Of a DNA stretch of 64,000 nucleotides, positions 30,664-42,906 are shown piece by piece; the first letter of the stretch is position 1, and each line of letters opens with the position of its first letter. Below the pieces are notes generated by a model. The model did no database searches, was not told where the DNA came from, and worked only from the letters and a program-made list of their open reading frames with translations. A program made the translations under genes and the position numbers. Origin of the DNA: a virus; the IMG/VR virus record IMGVR_UViG_3300020159_002019, positions 32,001 to 96,000 of that record; one strand, given 5' to 3'.

Positions 30664-32901
30664 ATGGCTACAGGTGGAGATCCTAAAGAAAGTTTAAATA
30701 TATATAGGGAAATTAATGATTTAGTTACCCAAATCAACGCTAATATTGAAAGAACTAACTCATTTCAAAGTGCATTACCTGAAGAAATTAAAAAACAAAA
30801 AGAGTTATTAGAAAGGTTAAATGATTTAAAAAGAATTGAAAATGAATTATTAAATGAGGAATATGATTTAAGACAAAAAACAAGAAAATTAACATTTGAT
30901 GGGTTAAAAGAGAATATTAAAGCAGGTGAAGCTTATCGTAAAATACAAAAAGAAAACAGTAACTTATACCGTTCAATAAATGACTTACAAAAAATAGCAG
31001 ACAAAGCTGAAGGTGAAAGAAAGAAAAATTTAGAAGAAATAATCAAATTAAAAAAACAAGAGTATGCTGAAAATCAAGCGGCTGCTGATAGTGTTGGTAG
31101 GTCCGTAATTGGTGGTAAGGCAATGGCTTCACTTATAGGTAGAATGGTTCCGGTTGCTGGGGTACTTGGTGGTATATTTTCAGAAATTAAAGATTTCTTC
31201 ATTAATTATTACGATAAATTAGATAAAGCGGCTAGAACATTGTCCGTTGATGTTGGTATGACATCAGAACAGATGATGAATTTAAGACGCCAAGCCGCAT
31301 TAACTGCTGTTCATACACAAGCAATGGGTGTTCATATTGCTGATATGTTGGCGGGTCAGAAAGCTTATAACGATGCTTTAGGTAGGAGTGTTGTATTATC
31401 AAGCAAGATGATGGCTGATATGACCGACATTGCTCTCGGGACTGATTTAGGTGCTGATGGTGCGGGTAGAATGGCAGCTTCTTTTGAAGCCTTTGGTTAT
31501 AATATGACTGATGTTAAAGATTTAGTTGAAACAACTTTCATCACCAATCAAAAACTTGGGTTAAACTCATCTAAAGTATTAAAAAATATTGAAGGTAGTT
31601 TAAAAACGGCTCAAAAATATAGTTTCAAGGATGGGGCTAAAAACTTAGCTCAAATGGCTCAAACCGCAACGTCAGTTAAAATGAGTATGGAATCCGTATT
31701 TGGTTTATCTGAAAAGTTATTTGAGTTGGAAGGTGCTGTTGAATTATCTGCTCAATTACAAGTATTAGGTGGTAGTTTTGCATCTTTAGGAGATCCAATG
31801 CAGTTGATATATCAAGCAAGAAATGATATGGAAGGATTACAAAAATCCTTAATTGAAGCAACTAAAGGTGTGGCTATGTTTGATAAAGCAACAGGTGAAT
31901 TTAAAATACCTTCAGCCGAATTACATAGATTGAGAAAAGTTGCTGAAGCAACAGGTATATCTATTGATGAAATGACTGAAAGTGCTTTAGCATTGGCAAG
32001 ACAAGAAAAGGCTTTAAGTCAAGTGAAAAATTTATTTGAATTCGATAAAGAACAGCAAGAATCAATTAAAAACTTAGCTCAATTAAATAAAGGGACTGGG
32101 AAGTTTGAAATTTTAGTTGGGGACAATATGGAATTATTGGAAAATTTAAGTCCTAGTAGTTTAAAGAAAGCTATTGGTGAGCAAAATAGATTGGCAGATG
32201 CCGCAACTCAAAGATTAACATTCTTTGATAAGATGAAAAATTTATTTGAAATTTTAAAGGCTGGATTTGCACCAATAATGGATAAATTTATTGCTGTTTT
32301 AGATAGAACCGATTTTGCTGAAAATTTAACTAAGGCTATGGAAACTGTTGGAAATGTAATTGGTAATATGATTGAAGGTGGTGGTTTAGATAGTTTTCTA
32401 AAAAGTTTAATTGATGGTGTTAAAACTTTAGGTGATTTTATAGCTGGCGCTTTTAGTCCTACTAGGAACAAAACTTTAGGTGATGTATTAAGTAGTTTAG
32501 CTGATGTAATAGCCGGTGTTTTTACGGTTGCATATAATAAAGTGGCTACAAAAAGTTGGCTTTTACCTGATTTAGATAAGGGTGAAACTACTATTGCGGA
32601 ATATGCTAAAATAAATAATATAAAAATACCTGGTTATGCTAATGGCGGAGTTGTTCAAGGACCACCTGGTGTGGATAATGTTTTAGCTAGATTGACACCA
32701 GGTGAATTAGTTGTACCTAAAAATAAAGTCGCTAATGGTTTAAATGCTAACGTAAATATTAATGGTACTTTAAAATTAGATTTAGGGATGGGTGTTACCG
32801 CTGATATGAGAAATGATTTGGCTAGTAGTCCTGATTTTAGATATGCTGTTTTACAACTAGTTTCAAATAATATGACTGAATTAATGAATGGTACTGTATA
32901 A
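30664..32901 (+). CDS. tape measure protein
   Basis: Long helical Ala/Met-rich protein with C-terminal GYANGGVV..ARLTPGELVVP motif; tail module context. Confidence 0.75.
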   Translation: MATGGDPKESLNIYREINDLVTQINANIERTNSFQSALPEEIKKQKELLERLNDLKRIENELLNEEYDLRQKTRKLTFDGLKENIKAGEAYRKIQKENSNLYRSINDLQKIADKAEGERKKNLEEIIKLKKQEYAENQAAADSVGRSVIGGKAMASLIGRMVPVAGVLGGIFSEIKDFFINYYDKLDKAARTLSVDVGMTSEQMMNLRRQAALTAVHTQAMGVHIADMLAGQKAYNDALGRSVVLSSKMMADMTDIALGTDLGADGAGRMAASFEAFGYNMTDVKDLVETTFITNQKLGLNSSKVLKNIEGSLKTAQKYSFKDGAKNLAQMAQTATSVKMSMESVFGLSEKLFELEGAVELSAQLQVLGGSFASLGDPMQLIYQARNDMEGLQKSLIEATKGVAMFDKATGEFKIPSAELHRLRKVAEATGISIDEMTESALALARQEKALSQVKNLFEFDKEQQESIKNLAQLNKGTGKFEILVGDNMELLENLSPSSLKKAIGEQNRLADAATQRLTFFDKMKNLFEILKAGFAPIMDKFIAVLDRTDFAENLTKAMETVGNVIGNMIEGGGLDSFLKSLIDGVKTLGDFIAGAFSPTRNKTLGDVLSSLADVIAGVFTVAYNKVATKSWLLPDLDKGETTIAEYAKINNIKIPGYANGGVVQGPPGVDNVLARLTPGELVVPKNKVANGLNANVNINGTLKLDLGMGVTADMRNDLASSPDFRYAVLQLVSNNMTELMNGTV

Positions 32902-32928
32902 AAATTAAAAATCATTTATTTATTGTAA

Positions 32929-35900
32929 ATGAGTAACTCTAATATCAAATTAACAGACGAAGCAAAAATACAAATTGCCAAATTATTAGGTTTTGATATA
33001 TCACCTGATAAAATGGATGATTACCATCAAATACTTGATGACGCTATTAGAAAAACTGCGTTATTAAATATAAATAATGTTAAGAATCTTGTCCCTACTG
33101 GATTGGAAAATCCTGTTGGTGATCCTTTAATTGAGACACAAATACAAACGCAAAAAAACGAAGTAACCAAAAACATTCAACCAAATGATTTGGTTGCTTA
33201 TCACGGAAGAAATGTTATTGACGATTTATTTGATATAGTTGAAGATTTACCTACAAGAAATAACGTAAATCAAATTAAAACAACTTTAATTGATGATAAC
33301 GCTATTACAGATCCTCAACTTAGAGGGGATATAAAAAATCAAAAAAACCAAATACTTAAAAACTTATCTGAAGCCGATGCGTTACAATATCTTAATTCAG
33401 GTCCAAGACAATATAATGCATTATTTGATGACTTACAAACTGATGGTGCGGTTGCAAATGTTTTAAGAAACGTAATTAATTCTAAGTTAGATGATTTTAT
33501 TGAACCAACAAAAACTTATTTATTAACTAAAAACTTAGAAATACCTGAGTTTATTAATAGATATGGCGCTGGATTATTCCAAAATATTTTAATAAAAGAC
33601 TTATCAAACGCCGATACAGGTAGTATAGATTTCTTTATTGATTATGTGACACAAGTTCAAATAGGTAGAGCGTCATTTTTAGGTAATTTAATGGTGAATA
33701 ATACCCCAGGTGTTGATTTAATATCTAACAATCAAATTGAATTAACGAATAAGGGTAAGGATGCTAAAAAATATATAAAATACACAACAAAAGATGTTGG
33801 TAAAGATGTTGATTTAGATAGGATAAGACAAGTTCCTGATACAACAGGTAGTGATGAATACCCTGTTGATGGTTATTTTGTAATTGGAGAACAAGGAAAT
33901 TATAATTTTTCAGATCAAATAAACAAGTTTTCAAGTGTAGAAAGAACTCAGGTTGATATTCAAAACGATATTCAATTACCTAATGAAAGAACACTTGATG
34001 GTTATTTAATAAATCTTGGTGAGCCAACTAATTCTGCTGGCGAATCTTTAACTCCTTTCATTGGACAAACACAATTCACTAAAAACGATTTAAGTTACGG
34101 TTTCAATGCTAATGGTGGGTCAGAATTACCTGCAACATTTAATTTAATAACTGATTTAGCTTCGGATGGATTACCATTATCTGTTCAAGGGGATTCTGAA
34201 TTAGGTAAGGGTGGTTATATATTCTTAAAACAAACAATATTAAATAGGATTGATAGGGCTCAAACAAAAGAACTTGAGGGTAGGTATGGTAACGTAACTG
34301 ACGCTATGGACGATCCTTTAGGTGCTGGTGTGGCGTTATTAAAAGGACAAGCACCACCATTTACTTTAAGTTATGATATTACAACATTACCAGGATTTTT
34401 AACGGCATTTGATGTCGCTAGAAGATTATCAGGTATTGATTTGGGTATAAGCCCTATCCCTGAAGAAAATATTGCGAGTAGTGTGGTAACTACTATTAAA
34501 AATGGTATAAATACCTTATTTGGTAGAAATATATTTGGTGGTGATATAACTGAATGTGATACTAATAATAGTGAATTAGTTCCTCCACATATCCCAAGAA
34601 ATAAAACATTATTGAGATATACAAGTTCAGGTCAATTATTTAAGATGTATAATACTTTATCTTACAATAAATTTACCCCTGAATGGTTGAGAGATCCTGA
34701 TACATTAGACATATTTGGAAAATTAGTACCAAAACCAAAATCTAATTTATATATTGATAGTGAAAGAAGTTATAGTGTATTTCAGAAAATTGGTGGTATA
34801 TTAGGATTACCTGTTAAAGAACCTGATTCTAATTACGTGATTGATAATACTGACCCTGTAAGATTAAATGACAGTCCAAGAAATAGTGGTTTAGGTAGTG
34901 GTAAATTAAGTGATGATTTTGTAGAATATGATAGTAATGCTGATGGTGCGGTTAAAGGTGGTAGAATTAATACTATTGCTATAAGGGCTGGAGAATCAAC
35001 TGACGATATTTATTGGGAATCAAAGACTCCGTTAAGAGATAACGCTTCCTTTGCAAATCCATATGTTACGAATTATGGTCCATTTTATGACGATAAACAA
35101 AATTGGCTTGTTCCATATTTTTCAAAAGATTATAGTTTTAATGGTGATAGTATTTTATGTGGAACACAAGCTTTGGCTAATAGAGATGATATTATAGGCG
35201 ATGTTGTAAGAAACTCAACTAGAAGTTTAAGAGGTATGTCTAAGGGTAATGCCGTTAAATGGCCTAATAATGAAACAAATAAAAAGTTTTGTAGGGTATG
35301 GACAAAAGATAATAACTATAATCAAATAAGTGATTTAGTTAGAAAAGGTTATAGAGGTTATGGTAGAGGTTTAATGACTGATACGAAATATACTACATTA
35401 GATAAGAATGGTATTCCGATAATAGCCCCAACTAAACAAAACTCAATTATAGATGAATATGGTGAAGGGACACTTGATCCAACAATAGCTAAGAGATATA
35501 TGTTATCAATTGAAAACTTAGCTTGGAGAGGTGCTAAGGTATTTTTACCTTGTGGTGAAGTTGGACCTAATGGTGGTAGAATTATGTGGTTTCCGCCGTA
35601 TAATATATCATTTAGTGATAATACTACTGTTAATTGGACTACGAATGAATTTGTTGGTAGGCCTGAACCAATATATACATATAATAATTCATCAAGAAGC
35701 GGTTCTTTAGGATTTAAGATTGTTGTGGATCATCCATCCATTGTAAATCATTTTAATAGTAGTATTTATAACGAGGATAATTACGGTACAAAACCTGGTG
35801 AATTAGAAGCTTTTTTCGCTGATTGTGTCAATTACCCAATTGAAGATTTATTAGAAAAATATAAACAATTCTCTAGTGATGAAATAAATAATTTAGTTAC

Positions 35901-37473
35901 ATTAATAAATAAAAATAAAGCAATATTAGATTTAATTTATAGTGGTAATCCTAAAGTTTATTACCATAATGATTTACCTGGTGATTGTACCGCTGAAAAA
36001 AGAAATGGTAATAATCCTAATCCTGAAGGATGTTCTGCAACTTTTGTAACTAAAGATTTGGAAAAATTAAAAAATGATTATTTGGATTTACGTAATATGT
36101 ATATTGGTGGTCAAACAGATGAAACGTGGGGTGATATACCAAAAACGGAAGATTTTTTTGATAATATAATTCCTAATGGTTGGACTGATTTAAATAATTT
36201 AATTACTAAAATATGTGATACAATTAAAGAGGTACTTAATCAAAATAAAGATGCTGTGGTTTTAAATATTACAATACCTATCGAAACTAATACATCTTAT
36301 TTAAATGTATCTGAGAATAATTATAATAAAAATTTATCGGAAAGAAGAAAAACAGCTTTAGCTAAGTATATTAAAGAACAAATTAAAAACCAAATATCTG
36401 ATTTTGATGTGAATAAAATTAAATTTAATGGGGGGGTATTAAAATACCAAGCAAACAAAAATTCTTTAGATCAAGGTAGTGTAGTGGAAACTCCATCGGT
36501 TAATTTAAATGATAAGGCTAAAGTAGAATTAGAAGATGAAAATGGTCTTAGAGCTGTATATTCAAAAGAATCTTATTTGTATAGATATGCGGTTATTAAT
36601 GGTGGGGGTGTTAAAATAACATATAGTGATGGTACGGTACAAAATTTAGCTGATAAGGTTAATAGGGATAACGCTGCATTACAATTAAAATTAGATTATT
36701 ATAATTCATTATTTGAAAGATTGAAGGCTGGTGTTTTACAACCATTCAATAAAGAATGTGATATGTTTGAAGAATTAAAAGAAGATTCACCATTTTTATA
36801 TGATAGATTAATTGAAAAGTTAAAGTTTTTCCATCCGGCATTTCACTCAACAACACCTGAAGGATTTAATAGTAGATTAACATTTTTACAACAATGTGCT
36901 AAGGCTGGTGATTCTATTGACACGAGTGTTGTGACAAATACTGCGTTTGGACCTCCACCTGTTTGTATATTAAGAATTGGTGATTTTTACCATACTAAAA
37001 TTATTATAAATGGTATAAACATAACTTACGATCCTTTAGTTTGGGATATGAATTATGAAGGTATTGGTATGCAACCAATGATTGCGAATGTGGATATTCA
37101 GTTTAGTTATATTGGTGGAAGTTCATTAGGTGGCCCAATAAATGAATTACAAAATGCGTTATCGTTTAATTACTTTGCAAATACTAATTTATATGATAAT
37201 AGGGCTAAATTAAGTAAAGATGAACAAGATATTGTTAACTTCGCTAATAAACCTATTTTAAAGAAAAGTGAAGTTGTTGAAATAGAATCAAGACCTTTAT
37301 CACCATTAACTACATCACCTCTTAATGGTAGGGATTTAATTGTACCAAAAAACCCAACACCTGAATTTTATATACGTAAAAAGAATAATCCAAATGCGGA
37401 AACACCTAAAGTTCCGCCATTTATTGGGGATAATCAGGAAGAACAAAATCCGGTGGATCTTGAAACTAGATAA
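32929..37473 (+). CDS. large baseplate/tail-tube-initiator-like protein
   Basis: WFPPYNISFSD..W..GRPEPIYTY and PPVCILRIGD motifs of contractile tail proteins. Confidence 0.65.
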   Translation: MSNSNIKLTDEAKIQIAKLLGFDISPDKMDDYHQILDDAIRKTALLNINNVKNLVPTGLENPVGDPLIETQIQTQKNEVTKNIQPNDLVAYHGRNVIDDLFDIVEDLPTRNNVNQIKTTLIDDNAITDPQLRGDIKNQKNQILKNLSEADALQYLNSGPRQYNALFDDLQTDGAVANVLRNVINSKLDDFIEPTKTYLLTKNLEIPEFINRYGAGLFQNILIKDLSNADTGSIDFFIDYVTQVQIGRASFLGNLMVNNTPGVDLISNNQIELTNKGKDAKKYIKYTTKDVGKDVDLDRIRQVPDTTGSDEYPVDGYFVIGEQGNYNFSDQINKFSSVERTQVDIQNDIQLPNERTLDGYLINLGEPTNSAGESLTPFIGQTQFTKNDLSYGFNANGGSELPATFNLITDLASDGLPLSVQGDSELGKGGYIFLKQTILNRIDRAQTKELEGRYGNVTDAMDDPLGAGVALLKGQAPPFTLSYDITTLPGFLTAFDVARRLSGIDLGISPIPEENIASSVVTTIKNGINTLFGRNIFGGDITECDTNNSELVPPHIPRNKTLLRYTSSGQLFKMYNTLSYNKFTPEWLRDPDTLDIFGKLVPKPKSNLYIDSERSYSVFQKIGGILGLPVKEPDSNYVIDNTDPVRLNDSPRNSGLGSGKLSDDFVEYDSNADGAVKGGRINTIAIRAGESTDDIYWESKTPLRDNASFANPYVTNYGPFYDDKQNWLVPYFSKDYSFNGDSILCGTQALANRDDIIGDVVRNSTRSLRGMSKGNAVKWPNNETNKKFCRVWTKDNNYNQISDLVRKGYRGYGRGLMTDTKYTTLDKNGIPIIAPTKQNSIIDEYGEGTLDPTIAKRYMLSIENLAWRGAKVFLPCGEVGPNGGRIMWFPPYNISFSDNTTVNWTTNEFVGRPEPIYTYNNSSRSGSLGFKIVVDHPSIVNHFNSSIYNEDNYGTKPGELEAFFADCVNYPIEDLLEKYKQFSSDEINNLVTLINKNKAILDLIYSGNPKVYYHNDLPGDCTAEKRNGNNPNPEGCSATFVTKDLEKLKNDYLDLRNMYIGGQTDETWGDIPKTEDFFDNIIPNGWTDLNNLITKICDTIKEVLNQNKDAVVLNITIPIETNTSYLNVSENNYNKNLSERRKTALAKYIKEQIKNQISDFDVNKIKFNGGVLKYQANKNSLDQGSVVETPSVNLNDKAKVELEDENGLRAVYSKESYLYRYAVINGGGVKITYSDGTVQNLADKVNRDNAALQLKLDYYNSLFERLKAGVLQPFNKECDMFEELKEDSPFLYDRLIEKLKFFHPAFHSTTPEGFNSRLTFLQQCAKAGDSIDTSVVTNTAFGPPPVCILRIGDFYHTKIIINGINITYDPLVWDMNYEGIGMQPMIANVDIQFSYIGGSSLGGPINELQNALSFNYFANTNLYDNRAKLSKDEQDIVNFANKPILKKSEVVEIESRPLSPLTTSPLNGRDLIVPKNPTPEFYIRKKNNPNAETPKVPPFIGDNQEEQNPVDLETR

Positions 37474-37519
37474 ATAATTAGGATTTTATATTCTATGTAT
37501 TTATATTATATATAATAAT

Positions 37520-37828
37520 ATGGACAGATATAAAGAAACATTTATAAACAATAAACATAGGACATTACCATTTGTTAAATTACCAAAGAAATCTACCGAT
37601 AAACAATATTTTTATAGTGTTGGTAGTTCTAGGTTAGATAAGATAAGTAATGATTTTTATGGTAATCCTACTTATGGTTGGTTAATAATGATGGCTAACC
37701 CCCAATATGGTGCTTTGGAAATTAATATACCCGATCAAACAATATTAAATGTCCCATATCCTTTACAAGCTAGCTTATTAGATTATAATTCGGCAATAAA
37801 TAATTATTTTAATTTATACGGATATTAA
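37520..37828 (+). CDS. LysM-like baseplate wedge protein (gp53/gpX-like)
   Basis: RLDKISNDFYGNPTYGWLIMMANP. Confidence 0.8.
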   Translation: MDRYKETFINNKHRTLPFVKLPKKSTDKQYFYSVGSSRLDKISNDFYGNPTYGWLIMMANPQYGALEINIPDQTILNVPYPLQASLLDYNSAINNYFNLYGY

Positions 37829-40800
37829 TGAGTGTAAACACAATTGATGGGTTAAATATGTATGACCCTAATGAAAATATTGGGGGTAGTGAATATACGT
37901 CTTATGGTTTTGGGACTAATCCTAATAGCAATAATGCAGTAAATCAAGAAGATTTGATTATGTATTGTAATCTAAGGGCTTTTACTAGACCTAGATCGTA
38001 TATAATGACCTCAAATGCTGATGGTGTTAAAACACAAGCCGTGGCTTCAGGTAGAATTAATTTTCTTAAACCAAATAAGGATAAAGATAAATTTACAACA
38101 GATTGGACTGAATTAGATGCTTCAGGAAAGCCGAATGGTGAAGAAATGTTAGGTATTAACTCAGTTCAAATAACATATGATACATCTTATGTTCCGAGAG
38201 TAACAATAACAATGACAGATGTTAGAGGACAAGCATTAAATGAGGACCCTAAAGATTCTCCATATGGGGCTTTTTTTAATTTTCCATACCCTATGTTTGT
38301 TTTAGAAGTTAAAGGTTATTATGGTAAGGCGGTTAAATACCTATTACATTTATTAAAATACTCATCTAGGTTTGACTATTCAACAGGAAACTTTCAAATA
38401 ACCTGTGAGTTTGTTGGATTTACATATGCTTTATTGTCAGATTTAAGTGTTCAATATGGTTTAGTGGCGTCTCAAATGGAAATAAATGGTAAATCAGCCA
38501 AAGAAAGGTTATGGGAAAAATTTAAGTTACAGTATGATAAATATAAAGATGTTCCTGGATTTAGTGCGGATATATCTTTAATTATTGGAGGGACTGATAG
38601 TTTTAATCCAAATAAGGGTGTTTACACTTTAGTTGATTTAATAAATAAAGCTAAGGATTTAAGTACATTTGTAGAAACTTTAGGACAAGACAATAAAAAA
38701 TTCAGAGAAAAAGCTGCGTTAGATAATTTTATTGATATAATACAAAGATTATACGATTCTATATTTAAAAAAGAAGAAATTTTAAATCAAGGGTTTAATG
38801 ATCAAGTTAAAAATATAAATGCAAATTCATTATTTGCTGAATTCCCTGAATATAAACAACAATTAGAATGTAATGTTACGACTACTGGAAAACCAACCGA
38901 TTTAATAAATCAACAAACAATAGATGAGTATAACAAATATTATAATAATGCAAAAAATGTAATAACTAGTAAAAATACTGACATACAAAAAGAATTAAAT
39001 GATGAGGTTAAATCCCAATTAACTAGTTTTTTAGGATTCAAACCCTCAATAAGGAACATAATGTTGATTATTTGTAATAACTTTGAATTATTCTTGGATT
39101 TATTGACAGAGACAACACAAAGGGCTGCTGAGAATAGAACAAGAAATAATGATTTCAATGGTATAATGAAGGATGGTAATCCAAAAAGAGAGGATAATAA
39201 AAAATTGGAACAAGTTTTTCCTTGGCCTGCTTTATACAATGACAATTATGAAACTTGTTATTTCGATGATTTACCTGAATTAAAAGCTATTGATTATCCG
39301 GAAAAAGAATTTGTTGAGTCGTATTTAAGTGCAACCCAATACACTAATAAGTTATTGGCTGCTACAGGTACAAGTAACACCGTTTCAACTGAAATAACTA
39401 ACCCTGTTAAATTTAATCCAATACACACACAACAATATGATAGTAATACCTTAAAAAAACCCATATTTGATATAGATATAAATAAGATTTTAATTCAAAT
39501 AGTAGAACATGCTTTATTAATTTCTAGTAATTCTTATGGTGTCGATTCCGGAGGTGGTGGTACTCCTAATGTTGTTAAACAAATACAAAATTTTGGTAAG
39601 GTAGATGCTAATAATTTATATGTGCAATTAGGTAATACTGGTATGAATACTATTTTACCTATACTTAGAAAAAGTTTAAATTGGATAACGGATAAAGATA
39701 AAGCTGTAGAAAGTACAAGAGGTATATTACAAACTATAATTGGTAATGATAATGTTATTGCTATTGGCGAATTAACCAACCCTTTTAATAATATAAAGAA
39801 ACAATTTCAATACATTAAAGATTATAGTTCTGATTATTTAACAGATATTGTAGAAACTCAAGATATAATAAAGTTAAAGGATAAGTATTCTAAATTACAA
39901 GAATTAAGATTTGTGCCTGAAGTTACAGGTAATTTATTAGGTGTTGGTGAATATGGCGCTGGTTCTGTTACAACCGATGGAAATAATGGTTTTATTTATT
40001 ATGAAAAAGAAAACAAATTTTCATTCCCTGAGAAAATATCGTTAACTATGTTTATGCCATTTATGGAAACTAGAAAAATTAATGATAAAGATATTAAATA
40101 TATTAACAAAGAATATTTAAAAAATAACGATTTATTATTAAAATCTTTAATTAATGTTTTAAAAACAATACAACAAAGTGGTAGTGTTTTAGGACCTGAA
40201 GAATTATTAACTAATATACCTGGTATCACAGACAATTTTGATTTTATTTTATTTAATGGAATTCATAAAACAAAAATGGTGAATGCTTTAAGTACTTTAT
40301 TTTTTAATGATGAATATGTTATTGATAATGTTAGTTATAATAATGGTGATAAAATAAAGGAATTAAAAAAATATAGGTATTATTTTCCTTTTACAACGGA
40401 AGGTACGGAATCATACGAAAATAATCCTAGTTATTATACAAAAAATAAATTGGCATTTTTGTCTGTTTATAGAGAATTGTTGATTAATCAGTTAAATAAA
40501 TTTACTGAACAATTTACGAAAGATCAAATAAATGCAAATCCATCATTAAATGATATAAGTGAGCTTGAATTATATAGGGAAAAATTAGATGGCGCTGCTT
40601 TTAAAGTGGATAAAAACGGTGTTGTGGGTTTAGATCCGACAACTAGTGATGCTTTTAAAAAATCTGTCGATAATAAAGTGTATGTTGACATTTATGCCGA
40701 TTTTAAAGAGTTTTTTGAAACACCGATACAAATGGTTGCAAAATCAAAAGGTTTATCAGATATTTATAAAAATCCATATAAATATTGGACGAATAATAGT

Positions 40801-42906
40801 ACGTGGAATAAAACTCCCACAAATGATCGAACAAAATTTATTAGGTATAATAACAAAATTTATGATGCATATAATAGTGGTAGTTTAATAAATTTTTATC
40901 TGAAAGGTTTCCAAGAAAGAATTATTGAAATTGAAAAAGGTGTAATTGAAAGTGATAAAAATAATCCCCAATCTGGATCTAATACAGCTGGCGTAAAAAC
41001 AGCTAGTGATTTAAAAAGATCTATATACCAAACATTTAAAAATATAAACGATAAATGGATTATTGATAAACCTAATGGTGGTAAAAATCAATATAGTTGG
41101 GGTTTAGAAGGTGATGTTGATCCAAATAACAATAATGAATTAAAGTATAATCCTAAAAGAGAATTTTTATTTGATCATTTCTTTTTTGTTGATAGAGTTA
41201 ATAGAGATATTGGTAACGAAGTATTGTTAGATTTTAGAGTATTATATAATTACTATGATAAAGTAAATACTAAAAATAGTTTATATAGTATCATAGGTGA
41301 ATTGGCGAAAATGAATGAAATGATTTTTCATCCATTAACATCATATATTAGTTTTAATGGTGCGACTTCAGACAAAGCATCAATTGATAATTTATTTAAA
41401 CCAACAACCGTATTGGATTTTCAATCCACATCACCTGTATTTATTATGCAATATGTGGGTAAAAATGCTTCATATCAATATGAAAACCAAAACCATTTAC
41501 CTGATGTGGTTAAAATTGATTTTTCAGGAAATGGTAAATTTTTAAGCCCTAAAGATTCGCCATTTAAAGATAATACTAATAGAATAAATGAGCCGGTGGC
41601 TTTTTTTGTTGATATGGGTATTAAAAATCAAAATATGTTTAGAGGTATTAGTTTAGATCAGGCTGAATTTAGGGAGACAAATGAAAGTATTACTGTTTGG
41701 GATCAATTAACATCTCAAAAAGAAAGTAGATCGATACAAACAATAGGTAATAACATATATCCTATTTTATCTAGAAGAAGTTATACCTGTAAAGTTGAAT
41801 CGTTAGGTAATATGATGATACAACCAACAATGTATTTTTATTTAAGATATATTCCATTATTTAGTGGTTTGTATTTGATAACAAAAGTATCCCATTCAAT
41901 ACAACCAAACAATGTTGTAACAAACTTTGAAGGTGTTAGAATGTCTAGCTTAAACTTCCCATTTGTAAGCGAATTCGTTTCAACAATAACAAAAGAAATA
42001 TTAGAAAAAGGTGCTGGTGCGGTTACACCATATTTAACTAATCAAGATCCTAATTGGTGGGCTAATCAAAAAGATGTTGCATTGAGAAATAGAATTGTTA
42101 ATTTCTATAATAACATTAAAAATGTAATACCAAACCCTGCCGTTCAAGCTGCTTTGATTGCTATTGCGTATAAAGAATCTGGACTAAAACCCAAAAATGA
42201 ATCTTCATATGGTGGGACAACCTCTTTTGAAACATTTAATTCATTTAATAACTTAACACCATACACTACTAAAGGTGCTAACGGTAAAGAAACATCCCAA
42301 TTTATAAATCAATTAAAAACATATGATGCCGCATTTTATAATTTTATTTATGGTACAAATGTACCGGGCACTAAAAACCCAAACAAAGCTAAAGAACTTG
42401 GTAATATCCCTATTAGTTCTAAGAATAAAAATCCTATAACTATTAAAGATAATAATGGTAATAATATTACTGTTTATAATGATGAAAATGGTGATGGTTA
42501 TAAGTATAGGGGTAGAGGGTATAATGGAATAACCGGTAGGGGGGGATATGAAAAGGCTCAAAAAGATACAAATGTTGATGTTATTACATATCCTGATAAA
42601 TTGAATGATCTTGATACAGCGGCTAAAGCTTATGTGGGGTATATGAATAGAGGTGCTGAAGGTAAAGTTACGCAACCAACCAACAAAGAAAATTTATTTT
42701 ATCAAGTATATAGTAGAACACCATTAAAGAATTTTGATCCCGCAAACTATCAAAAAGCGTATAATACTTTATTTTCAATAAACGCTGGATCTGGTAATAG
42801 TATGGAAGTACATCTTAGTAACGCTATAAAAAAGGGTGGTTATAATGATGGTTATTTTATATTACAATCAATATATAACGCAATAAATGCCGGTGAAATT
42901 AAATAA
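37828..42906 (+). CDS. baseplate hub protein with C-terminal GH19-like peptidoglycan hydrolase
   Basis: Hub-like GNMMIQPTMYF..GLYLITKVSHSI; C-terminal KESG and GDGYKYRGRGYNGITGR. Confidence 0.75.
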   Translation: MSVNTIDGLNMYDPNENIGGSEYTSYGFGTNPNSNNAVNQEDLIMYCNLRAFTRPRSYIMTSNADGVKTQAVASGRINFLKPNKDKDKFTTDWTELDASGKPNGEEMLGINSVQITYDTSYVPRVTITMTDVRGQALNEDPKDSPYGAFFNFPYPMFVLEVKGYYGKAVKYLLHLLKYSSRFDYSTGNFQITCEFVGFTYALLSDLSVQYGLVASQMEINGKSAKERLWEKFKLQYDKYKDVPGFSADISLIIGGTDSFNPNKGVYTLVDLINKAKDLSTFVETLGQDNKKFREKAALDNFIDIIQRLYDSIFKKEEILNQGFNDQVKNINANSLFAEFPEYKQQLECNVTTTGKPTDLINQQTIDEYNKYYNNAKNVITSKNTDIQKELNDEVKSQLTSFLGFKPSIRNIMLIICNNFELFLDLLTETTQRAAENRTRNNDFNGIMKDGNPKREDNKKLEQVFPWPALYNDNYETCYFDDLPELKAIDYPEKEFVESYLSATQYTNKLLAATGTSNTVSTEITNPVKFNPIHTQQYDSNTLKKPIFDIDINKILIQIVEHALLISSNSYGVDSGGGGTPNVVKQIQNFGKVDANNLYVQLGNTGMNTILPILRKSLNWITDKDKAVESTRGILQTIIGNDNVIAIGELTNPFNNIKKQFQYIKDYSSDYLTDIVETQDIIKLKDKYSKLQELRFVPEVTGNLLGVGEYGAGSVTTDGNNGFIYYEKENKFSFPEKISLTMFMPFMETRKINDKDIKYINKEYLKNNDLLLKSLINVLKTIQQSGSVLGPEELLTNIPGITDNFDFILFNGIHKTKMVNALSTLFFNDEYVIDNVSYNNGDKIKELKKYRYYFPFTTEGTESYENNPSYYTKNKLAFLSVYRELLINQLNKFTEQFTKDQINANPSLNDISELELYREKLDGAAFKVDKNGVVGLDPTTSDAFKKSVDNKVYVDIYADFKEFFETPIQMVAKSKGLSDIYKNPYKYWTNNSTWNKTPTNDRTKFIRYNNKIYDAYNSGSLINFYLKGFQERIIEIEKGVIESDKNNPQSGSNTAGVKTASDLKRSIYQTFKNINDKWIIDKPNGGKNQYSWGLEGDVDPNNNNELKYNPKREFLFDHFFFVDRVNRDIGNEVLLDFRVLYNYYDKVNTKNSLYSIIGELAKMNEMIFHPLTSYISFNGATSDKASIDNLFKPTTVLDFQSTSPVFIMQYVGKNASYQYENQNHLPDVVKIDFSGNGKFLSPKDSPFKDNTNRINEPVAFFVDMGIKNQNMFRGISLDQAEFRETNESITVWDQLTSQKESRSIQTIGNNIYPILSRRSYTCKVESLGNMMIQPTMYFYLRYIPLFSGLYLITKVSHSIQPNNVVTNFEGVRMSSLNFPFVSEFVSTITKEILEKGAGAVTPYLTNQDPNWWANQKDVALRNRIVNFYNNIKNVIPNPAVQAALIAIAYKESGLKPKNESSYGGTTSFETFNSFNNLTPYTTKGANGKETSQFINQLKTYDAAFYNFIYGTNVPGTKNPNKAKELGNIPISSKNKNPITIKDNNGNNITVYNDENGDGYKYRGRGYNGITGRGGYEKAQKDTNVDVITYPDKLNDLDTAAKAYVGYMNRGAEGKVTQPTNKENLFYQVYSRTPLKNFDPANYQKAYNTLFSINAGSGNSMEVHLSNAIKKGGYNDGYFILQSIYNAINAGEIK